Assembly (NCBI GenBank): GCA_030141605.1
Contig: JAQGDQ010000149.1
Span: forward strand, 297,789-361,788
DNA length: 64,000 nt
From: Tubiluchus corallicola
Lineage: Eukaryota; Animalia; Priapulida
Direction: 5' to 3'
A program made the position numbers and the translations under genes. Shown one piece after another: positions 26,901 through 38,900 of the stretch. A model generated the notes under the pieces. It was not told the origin of the DNA. It saw only the letters and a list, made by a program, of their open reading frames with translations, and searched no databases. Position 1 is the stretch's first letter, and the number at the start of each line of letters is the position of its first letter.

Positions 26901-29900
26901 TGCACGTACCGCAAGCACCTGGTTTTGCTTCTATGTTAAAAGAAGGAGCAAAGGTATGATATATATATATATATATATATATGCTTCATAATTATATTTG
27001 TGTTCGCTATTATCTATTCACTCAAGTTTGACAAGAAATTCTAGTGTAGTACTAGTAGAAATCTCATGATAAAGGACTCTTTTTGCTGCTTTTCCTAGTA
27101 GTACTATAGTTATACCGATAATTTATAGGTTTGATGTATTCATATTACATTATTAGTAATTTTATAGTAATATTGTTAGTACTTTTAATACTAGTGCTTT
27201 TGCGACCGTCATTGTATATGACTAGCGATGTTGTTTCATGTCAGTAAATTGGTCTAATTGTCAATGTCTTAATCTACAGCAGGCGTTATTTAACTGATCG
27301 ACGCAGGTTACAACTTACTACACTTTACCCCTTGACTATAGCCGCATTAGTAGGTAGTACTAGTATGTGTATGCACTACTAGTATTTGCAATGAACAATA
27401 ACACCACCAAGGAGGAAGGTTTGGCATGATTACTGTTGAATGAATCATGGACTTACTGAGCTTGTTGTACAGATTTTACGGCGTAACTTGAGAAAAATGT
27501 ATTATGTCTCCAATAGAATATGTAGGTTATTACGTAACAACTGGTTATGCTGCTACATTTAAATAAATATAACGTCTTGCTGAGAATTGCAGTAGGCCTA
27601 ATGAAGCTTCAACTCCTTCATTTCTCACAAGAAACTAGGGTTGGTAAGCAAGCAGTTTGTTTATAATGCTTGACATAATTATTTCTGGCACGTGAAAATT
27701 TAATTTAAGTGTTTCTAAATAAACTTACGGCATTAAAAAATTATTTCTCCTTATGTTAACAAAACTGATTTCTATGCTAATACTGTTGTTTTTCCAGGGT
27801 ACATTGCAGGACTACACATTTCTGATAAAGCTCATTAATTTAAGCAAAAATTCCTTATAAGCCTAACACAGTATGGAGTCAAACCCCTGTGGGAAAAGTA
27901 GCTAAAAATATATCATATCTATAAGACGAATTCCAAAATGGTGGTTTGCTTATAATTACGAAATATAAGCTTTAATAACAGAAAGATGTGTTATTTATAT
28001 ATAGCCTTGGCACTCTTTAATTAGCTGTAGGAAAGAGCCTTGTAAAGGTGAGACATCACATGTTCATGATACCACACAAATGTGAAACCTCATTTAAAAT
28101 GGTAAAGTCTATCTCGATTACTATGATAAATACTACCTCGTTCCCCCACTCTGCAGTAACATCATGGTAGTTTTTTAATCTGATGCAGCAATGCTTGGCA
28201 AGTATTTCTGCTTCGTTCGACCCAGTTTTGACTATTCCAACAAACTAGGCATTGACTTGGTTCGGCAGTTGCATCATTAGCTGCTACATTATAATAACAA
28301 AGTGCTTTTAGTAGCCCGAGCTTATTGGCTGTATGGAGCTAATAAGCTTTAGCTAATGAAGCAGTACCACAATGACGTCTTATTGCCTTATTTGCCTATA
28401 TGCATACTGATTTCAAGAGAGTGCTTTTAACTTTTTAACTCATTACTACACTCTTCAATTTTCCAATACCATTTAATGTTTGCATTAGCTAAGTTTTACC
28501 AAACATACTTTATTATTATTGTTTATTGACATGAATGTTACGAATTTAGCATTTTGGTGGACTAGAAGAAGCGGTTTTTAGAAATATTTCAGCATGCAAA
28601 CAGTTGGCGCAAACTACCAGATCTGCTTATGGACCTAATGGTATGCTTTTGAATGTTGTCTATGTGATCATCTCAATATATACTAAACATATCATATTCA
28701 ATTATTTTTGAATTCTATACCTTGCTGCAAAAAATTGCTGTCTAGTTATTTGCTATTTCATTTGCTGCAAATTGTTTGGTTATTGTATGTGGAAGATAAA
28801 CTTATGCGATAGCAGCATCTAAAACAAGGCAAAGTACTAACATACCAAATCTTTACATTTAAATTCTTGTGTTTCTATTTGTAATAAATGTATCCAAATT
28901 TCGATCATATTTGGATTTCTGGCTTCTATGAAGTTTGGTTTTCCACCCACATTGAGCATGAGAGGTTTGCACTACATTGTAGTTGTATGTTTGATTATAA
29001 AAATCTTGATTTGCTAGAAAATGTATTGTTGTTTCAGGTATGAATAAAATGGTGATCAATCATTTGGAAAAGCTGTTTGTCACTAATGACGCCGCCACAA
29101 TTATTAAAGAGTTAGAGGTATGATTTCTTTAATATTGAAAGATTTGCATCTACAGGTAATGTTTGTAGCATGTATATTTGTACCATAAGCATTGTAAAAC
29201 CACACAAGTTGTAGATTTTTTTAATATGTTAAAAATAATTTTTGGAAAATATAAATAAGATGACAAATTTCCTCCACTGAACTGCTTGGCTATTTTTATC
29301 ATTTGCATGTCTAATTGGCTTAGTTGCTTTGATGTTAAAAAAATTAAATATAAGGAGTATATTTACAATTTGCTTATTAATGTACAGACATATCAGAATT
29401 TCTCTTGGGTATTATCAAGCTGCAAAAGTAAATAAAAATAAATTAAACAATGAAGCATGTAAAAGTAAAAATTATAAAAAAAAACTGTAAATGATTGTGT
29501 TATGTGCAGAAAAAAACACTGAGATTGACAACTTCAATGTTTCAACTGCTTCTCTTGCTAAATCAGATACAATAAAGCCTTAACAATGTCCTTTTCAGTT
29601 TGTCTAAAAATTTGGTGTTTAACAGTTCTGAGCAACAATTAACAAATTAGAACATTTGATGACTTGTTTTTGTTTGTTTGTCGAACATTAGGTACAGCAT
29701 CCAGCTGCTAAGATGCTTGTAATGGGTTCTCAAATGCAAGAGCAAGAGGTTGGCGATGGCACAAATTGGGTCTTGGTATTTGCAGGTCAGCTACTTGAAA
29801 ATGCAGAAGAAATACTAAGAATGGTATGTAGGAAATGTTGCTGTCCGATGCCTGATAACAGATATTAGATATCCTGATATTTAGTAAAATTCGCATATTT

Positions 29901-32900
29901 CCTGAAATATGGAATTGCTGATATAATATTGTTTAAATCTATGGATATTTGCTTTATGAGCTGGTGTACACATATCAATGAAAAAATGAAAAGAATTTGT
30001 CAAATCTACAGCTCAGTGCTTGCATGGTACTTTTAGTTTCTACAATATAATTTCTACCGGCCAATCTGACACTGGTGAGTATCACTAGTCATTTTTGTAA
30101 CTATATACACTGTTGTTGTAGTGTGTGCATGCGTGGCTACAGGGGCTCTGATAGTTTTGTCGAATATACTACAGCAAAGTGAAATTAGATGTAAAATTTA
30201 TTATCAGTGTATGCATCAATGTATGAAGAATGCAATAATGTATTTTTGAATCTGGTACTGAGTTCATTTGTAAAAAAACGAGAAAATGATGGATTGGTAA
30301 TGTAAAATTAAATTTGGCGGGATTTGCCAGGTAAACCAGTTCTGTGGAGGTGATTGGACTTACAAGACAGTTCAAGAAGACAATAGACGGCTTTACGACG
30401 CAAGTAGTAGATAGCCTAAATAATCGGCAGTGCTGTTATTGTGTGCAAAATAAACAATTATGCCAGCGTCGTGTGGCCACTGTCGTAAGAAGTACTCTGA
30501 TACTGCATGTAGACCAGCTTCAGAAATCTCTTCTTGTGTGATAAGTGCATATTAAAAATGCAAAAATGCTCTGAGGCTGTGGAGGATCCAGCGTCTCGGT
30601 CCCAAGGTAGAAACTCCACTACAACTAGCAACCAGGCTGAAATGGGAGAAACAGACTTAGCAGACGATAGGCTGATAAGCAGCTTAAAAGTTGCGCAATT
30701 TAAGTCATTATTGTCAGAAATAATAGACAAAAAATTCTGCGAATTCGAGAGGAGAATTGATGAGAAGATTAGTCAAACAATCCAACTTATTAAAGCTAAT
30801 GTGTCAAAAGTTGAGGTGGATGTCAAGCGAGTGGAGACAGGGTTACAATACACTTGGGGCAGCTGTAGGTGATTTGAAGGATATTGTGTCGAATCAGCAA
30901 AACTTTGTGGAAAGGTTGGAAGCCGAGAGGCGCTCCTTTAACTTAATGATTACCGGCATTCCAGAGCAAGCAGAAAAAGAAGCTGATAATCTGGAATGCA
31001 GGCAAGTACTAGATATTCTAGGCTATCAAACAGAAAGTTATACATCGAAGAGTATAGGCAACATGGCAACACCCAGGCCAGTGTTAGTGACTTTTAAGAC
31101 AGCGCAACGGTTACTCGCCTTCTCAAAAACAGTAAAAAACTGAAAGAACCAGGGCATGAAGAGTGGCCAAAGCGTGTGTACGTCAATAGGAATGTTTCGC
31201 CTTTAATACGTAAACAAAATGCTGGACATTAGAAGGGCACCGAAAGAAGAAAAGAAGAAGTCAGAAAATGTAGGATGCGAGCTAGCGATAAATTGGCGAG
31301 AAAAAACTTTAAATAGAAATGGGCTATCATTTATAACCCAAATGTTACAAAATCTTTCTGTAGAGTCTGAGGTAAATGCCAATACGAATGAAGTGTTACG
31401 AATCTGTTCTTGGAATATAAATTGTATTAAAGGTAAACTATTGAGTAACAATGTACTAACCCTTATAATTATGTTTGATGTTGTTTTTATTAACGAAGTT
31501 AAGTGTAGTATAAACTTTGAAGTACCTATGTTTACAGAAGTTATTTTACCCCAGGTACTGGACATCATAGCGGTGTAGCTGTATTAGTGAAGTGTAATTT
31601 ATCAGAAAGCTGTATTGCCGAACCGGACCTGTTAAAGTCTGACCAAATATGGGCTAGATTTAAAATTCTGCCTGATGTATGGATTGGTGGCTGTTATTCT
31701 CCTTTCTTTGACATGCAGTCGTTTGTTGATATAAATTGCAAATGTATTGAAGCCCACGAAAATTCACCAGCAGTTGTTATCATTGGTGACTTTAATAGCC
31801 GTTTAGGTTGCATGGCGGATCTAAAAAGAGATGGATCATACTACTATGCACACAATCCTGATGGAATGTGCAATGAACATGGTAGTAGACTAATTAACTT
31901 GTGTAGAGATAACAACTTGTGCTTGATAAATCATTTATGCATTAAGAGGAAGTGCTTTGGGGGTGGGCTTACTTTTAGAATGAAACACAGGTGGGTTTCG
32001 CAGCTTGATTTCGCAACTGTATCCTTGTCTCTTATGCAGAGGATAGAATCTGGCAAAGTATTGAACGAAAACATGTATCCATCTAACCACACCCCCATTA
32101 GTTTATACTTGGATACCAATCGGTTCAATGTGCTACACCTTGCGGAAAGAATGGATCTATTAATGAATGGATACACTGTTGATGCTCCGAAAAAGAAGAA
32201 GAAGCTTATAAAACTAAAAGATTTGGATACGGAAGGATTCAGGAGAGTGATGGCGGAACTGCTAGTTCCACGTTATGATGAACGACAGAGTATTGACAGT
32301 TTAAGTATCACGTTAACAGAATTATTGTATACTACTACTGCTTTAAACTGTTTAAAACCTCGCATGAAGCTTTTCATAGTCTTTGTTGACTTTGAAAAGA
32401 CGTACGATCGTGTAAACAGAAAGAAATTACTGAATAGTTTAGTGTCGCACAGATGTGGAGGCTGTATGTTACGTGCAATTGCTGCAATGTATGATTCAAC
32501 AAAAAGCCTTTTAGGAACAAATGCAATTACCTATAATGGCGGTATGAAGCAAGGCTCTCTGAGCTCATGCATCCTATTCTGCATCTATGCCAATCCACTT
32601 ATAACATCATTGAAAGCTACTGCTACGAATGAATGGTTAGGGGATTCACGTGTATTCCTAACAATGGATGACACGGCTATATTGGCTTCAAACTGTGAAC
32701 AATGTAACATTAAATTGGAGCGCTTACAATCATTTTGTGACAACTATGAGATGTCGATGAACCATACTAAGACTCAATTCATGGTGGTAAACGGTGATGT
32801 AGCCGATGACCAGCCTATGACAACGACAGATTTCTAAATTAAGCACACGTCTACGTATGTTTATTTAGGAGCTACTATCACAGATGACGGGAAGACTGAT

Positions 32901-35900
32901 TCAATAGTCAAGCATCATATGCAAGAAAAGAACGTACATATTTTAAAGTTTTATGCGAAGATTTTCCCTACTATGTGAAGAAAAGAGTCTTAGATTGTGC
33001 GCTGTTGACGGCAATATTCTACAGCTCCCAGAGTTGGAATACTGATAATGGGACTTATATGCCTTGCTTTACATATATGGGGTTAATCAAAACTTTATTG
33101 GGTGTCAGACAGACCACCTGTAACGACCTTCCTTTAATTGAATCTGGATACCCATCCCCTTTAGTTTGGCTACGGTCTACGCAACAGAAAACTTAGGCAA
33201 AACTTATCAAGGAATACTTTCCGCCATGAACCTTAAGTGAAAACTGTCGCCATAGCAAGGAATGCAGGCAGCAAATTTCTTAGATATTTTGACCAGCTTC
33301 AGGCGAATTACCGGCCAGACTATATACCTCAGCAGAGAATTTTGTTGGAACAGCACATAAGGAATCTGGTTAATTCTACACGTTGTGTAACTTACTTGGA
33401 ATTGAACCCCGGTCTCGAAACTCATTTTGAATCGACAATATATTGAGCATCATTGGATAAGCTTCACAAGAATGCGTCTTCAATCACATAGGCTGCGGAT
33501 AGAAACGGGTAGATGGGCAAGGGAAAATAGGTTATGTCGTGGAGACATCCAAACTGAAAAAGACGTTATACAGACATGCCCCCTAACATCTAATATTAGA
33601 GGGCACTACAACAATGTAAACTTTGCTGATTTAACTCACTTCTTTGAACACCCTAATTGTTATATAATGTGCCATGAAATTTTGCAACTTTTATGCTGAT
33701 GTACCTTGTATGCATAACACTGTTTTTAATGCTCAACCTTAAGAAGGAAATATACGTAAAATGACATTTGGACTAAAATCACTAATGTATTGATTGTGAC
33801 ATTTGCCTCGTTCTTCTTGTATACATGTAAGTTGATTTAGAAAATAAACTACATACATACATAACATGTTCAATTAACAAAATCAAAATTGGCAATAGTT
33901 TTTGGTTGTGGCTAATTTAAAACTCAAAATTGTGGATAGAAGCAAACTGCTTATCTCCAGTAGTTTTTAAATCAGCATATCCACAACTCATTTTCTCCCA
34001 CGCTGTTTTTCAAGATTGAAGACTTTATCCTATTTCTTTTTTGTGGTTCTACTAGCAAATAAATTAATAGTTACTAAACTTAAATTTTTGTTCTAAAATA
34101 CTGCAAGTTTTATCCTTTCAAACACTAGAAAAGGTGCACAAGTTGGCGATGGCGCTCCATAATAAAACGTTTTTAAGATTCACAGTATTGCTGACTGTGG
34201 TACTAGTTATCCCAAATTAATTATTTAGTTCATGTGAACAGCCAGGTATGATTACTTCATATTATTATTATTATAGGGGTTGTCACCTACCGAAGTAGCA
34301 GATGGTTATGCACTTGCAGGCAAAAAAGCTCAAGAAATATTGCAAGGTAATCTTATCCTAGCCTATCTCACTTTAAAAAACTAATCTCAAAAAGGTAGTC
34401 TTGTTAGAAATTGCAATAAAACTTTTTTAATGAAAAATTAACTTTGTATGTGAGATTGACGGCTCTTATTGTCACAGATCTGTAAACTAAGAAAATCATT
34501 CTTTAAGTTCAGATCTGCTTTTAATGTTTTTCTGTTTTTAGTGTTTTTCCTAATGCCTTTATCAAAATAACCAAAAATTTGTGATTTCTAGCCATTTAAT
34601 ATCAGGGATGTGTTTTGGTTTTTAGATTTAATTACGGGTCAGGTTAATAATATGAGGAATCTGGAAGAAGTTTCTAAAGTAATTCGAGCAGCAGTGATGA
34701 GCAAACAGTATGGAAATGAAGACTTCTTGTCAAAGCTCATAGCACAGGCTTGCAGTAAGTATACAAGATGCTTAGCATTCAGTTGTTTTTTTTTCATACT
34801 AAACTGTTTTGTAAGTACAATGCACTAATATTTTGCCATGGTTGTTATTTTTTTTCACCGAATTAATGACTTGATTTTATGTCTTTAAAGTGTAAAGTAG
34901 AAATGTAGCGATCCAGCTGAGACTTGAAATATTAAATAAAAATAGTCACTGCTGCTGTAATTACTTTCTTTCCACCTCTTTGTTATTGTAGAGAAGTGTT
35001 TGATATGCAAGATGATTTTTGCATTCTGACAAGCATAACTACTGATTGGCAAAATGTCAGTAACGATTTTGAGCACGTATTGTTTTGTTTTTTTAGCAAA
35101 AAAATGCAATATCATTTTTGCATTTCAACTTTTTTGTTGATTGCTGAATTCTAAGAACTTAGCTATTTAATTGTCAAATCCATAACGTGGTTATCATATA
35201 TGTCCTCTGTTTGTTTTCCACCCTTTTCAATCTTTAGTCTTGATCATGCCGGAAAAGTCAACTTTCAACGTGGATAACGTGCGGGTGTGTAAAATCCTTG
35301 GGGCAGGAATCAGTAGTTCAACTGTTATTAGGGGTATGGTTTTCAAACGTACTGTGGAAAGCAACGTACAGAAAGCAAGTAATGCAAAAGTTGCAGTATA
35401 CTCTTGTGCCATTGACATTGGCCAGACAGAAACAAAAGTAAGTTTCTACTCTAGAAGATGCAACTTTAAGTTAAGATTAGCAATATCATTTTTATTTTTT
35501 TATTTATATCTTTGCTATTGCATTTGCTTACCATTTCCGATGATTTTGTTTAAGTTACATATATTTAGCTTTATCATCGTTATCATTTTACAGCTAAAAT
35601 TACATTGCAAACTTTATGTTGCCAAGTTGTATAAAAATGTACATATTTTGTTTTTAAGGTGAGTCTACGTTTATAAATCCAATGTTTTAATAAATAAATG
35701 TTTTACTGCTTTCTCCGTGGGCCTATGTCCATCTAATTTTATTTAGACAACTAGAAATTTGTATGATCTATGTGCGCATTTCCAAAGTATAAAATTAACA
35801 CCAAGTTTTAATGTCTAGGGCACTGTTCTCATAAAGACAGCAAGTGAGCTACAGAATTTTAGCAAGGGTGAAGAAAATATTTTGGAGGAACAAATTAAGT

Positions 35901-38900
35901 CCATTGCTGATGCTGGAATAAAGATTGTTGTTAGTGGTGGAAAAGTTGGAGACATGGCTCTTCATTTTTTGAACAAATACGGCCTAATGTCAGTGAGATT
36001 ACCTTCCAAGTTTGACGTCCGGCGACTCTGCAAGACAATCGGCGCTACAGTGCTGCCGAGATTGGTAATAATATTATTTCATTTCTGTTTTGCTTATCGA
36101 ATAACTATTTACAAAAAGCGTCATTTTACCATTCATTTACTTGATTTGTCACTGATATGACTAACTACAAAAACTACTACTATTGTCAAGTCGTTATATG
36201 CAAGTTTTTATTGGGACTTGGTTAAAATAGTAATACACTGCTGTAAACTTATTATGTAATGACGCAATGCATATGAGATCTCTATATTCTCTACGAATTA
36301 TTTTGACAAATAACTCATAATATCAATGAATTTTACAACATTTTTATTAAAAAAGTCAACGTTTCGACTGCACACTAGCAGTCATCTTTAGGACCTGAAG
36401 GTAATTGCTAGTGTGCAGTTGAAACATTAATTTTTTTAATAAAAATTTTATAAAATTCATTGGTATTGTGGGTTATTTTCAAACTGATGCCGTTCTTGCT
36501 ATTAAGAAATAAAAAACCCTCTATGAATCATCCTCCACCATCAGTTAACTGCCATTTAGTCATACTATTTTTAAAAGTTGTATGAGTAACTAAGATCAGC
36601 AAAAACTTTTAGCATTCATCTATTTCAGAACGATAACTTATTGAAACTTCTATTTTCATTGTTGGTATGAAAGTGGAAATTTATTTGCATTACATCTTTC
36701 TCTTATTTATTCAGTTACTATTTGGCCTGTTGTGTTCTTAACTTTTAGATACTCCTAATGTAATTTCAGACTGCACCCACTAATGAAGAAACTGGTTTTG
36801 TATCAGAGGCACATGTTGACGAAGTCGGTGATACCCCAGTTGTAGTTTTTAAACAGGACAACAAGGACAGTGCTGTGTCCACTATTGTCATCCGAGGTTC
36901 AACGGAAAATATAATGGATGATATAGAACGAGCCGTTGATGATGGTGTAAATACATTCAAAGCATACACACGGGTACTGTGTTTTTAGTTTTTGTTTGGA
37001 CTTTTGTTTATTTTTTGTGAAGTCTTACTTTACTACTTTTTTTTAAGTAACTGATATTCTGATAATATCATATCGATACGAAAAATTTGTTTTTACCATT
37101 AAAGTATCCATATTATTCTAGAAATATCATTATCGTATCGAATTTGGCACGTATCATTACTTGTCGCTTACCTTTACAAAATCGCTTCACTTTTCTGTTC
37201 TATTTATTTATAGTAATTATGCAAAGAAGTAGATAAATAGAATTATTTCAAATTATAAGCATGTCAGACGCTGAATAATGTTTTTTGTATTTTCGCCTGA
37301 CAATAAGGGCTATCTTCATTCTGAATCATACTGACAAAGTATAGAGACCCATTATATACTTTTATACTGACGTGCGGATGTCAAATGCAGTGTACCATAT
37401 TTTTAGTGTCACCTTCCCAGTCATGTGCAGCTCGTACAGATAAATGTTTTTATCTCAGTAATATGTTTATTTGTCACAGCTTACTTATGAATCTTTATGA
37501 CAAACAAACTTGTGTCTCATAACTAGCAACCATTTAAGTATATAGCACTGAATGCACTAAAGCACTTAATAATAATGATATATTTTCTGTTGTTGCAACA
37601 AAATCATTTTTATCGTTCAAAATAATTTATCATTATCTTATCGTTGGAAAAAAGTATCGTATCATATCGCCAAATTTGCATCGTTTAACATCCCTAGACC
37701 GTTATCTTTTAAACTGTAACAGACATGTGGTGCTGCATTTTAATAAGTATTTTACAAATATTTTATTACAAAATTTTAGGATCCAAAATACGTACCAGGT
37801 GCTGGTGCAGTAGAACTAGAAATAGCGAGCCGCTTGGTTACTTTTGCTGAGGTATGATTTGCTATGTTTAAGACAAAATTCAAGCAATATGGACTAAGAA
37901 AATTTAACATTATTTTTTAGCCACTTAGATTTGCTAGTGTAATTCTAAAAATGCATTTTTTTGAATCACATATATTAGTTTGAATCTTGTTTACTAGCTT
38001 TATTTTACCTACACTAGGGATCAGTACTATATCATTAAACCTTGTACAGTTCGTTGAAGATGAAATAGTTATCGTACCCAAAGAAGTCAGGCACTAGATG
38101 GCAGCACTATAAATTATATATATATATATATATATAATAATCTTTATTTGCCATTAAAAACATTGATAATCACTGATAAAAACTTTATAGAGATAATCAA
38201 TCAGTGTTAGTTAATAAAAACTTACACTGCTGAAGGCAATTGTCTTCTGACCCTCCAGAACTTTTGAAATCATTGGCACAGATGCATCTCATGGCCAATA
38301 AGATGATTTTGTGTCTAAACTATTTGATGAGTGAATCAGTAGGCTATTATTTGTAAATAATTTTGAAAGATGTAGAGAAAGATGAGTCTCTTGCAGTGAG
38401 ATTACCAGTCTTAACTTTTTAAAAACAGATAGTATACCGGAGCCTGTCATTAGCTAAGCAAGTAGGTTCTTTCTAACAACTTTTTTGCAAGTAGTCTTTG
38501 TATACTCAGGCATGCAAATTGCTACCTCACACTCAAGGACTTATTGAATATTAATGACATTGTTTCTTGACATACACAGTAACTGATCGTCTTAGTGCAG
38601 CATTTGCTTTTGACAGCAATATGATTTACCTAACAGAAATATTTGAGATTTTTAATAGTAATCACTCTCAAGTCTGCAATATAATATTTTTGAGCTCTTC
38701 ACTTTTCTGTTTATGGCATATTTACAGTAAGTTGCATACAAATAACAGTTAGTAATTTATGATTTTTTTTGTAGTCATGCGCAGGATTGGAACAATATGC
38801 AATTAAAAAGTATGCAGAAGCATTCGAAATTTTCCCCAAAACTTTGGCACAAAATGCCGGAGTGAAGGTAAACTAGCAGTATGACTTCTCTGCATTTTAC

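Noticed and set aside
27388-27462. C/D-box snoRNA-like stretch (ATGAACA...CTGA) in CCT8 intron 1
   Set aside because: The C box has two mismatches, the terminal stem is minimal and I could not identify an rRNA-complementary guide.
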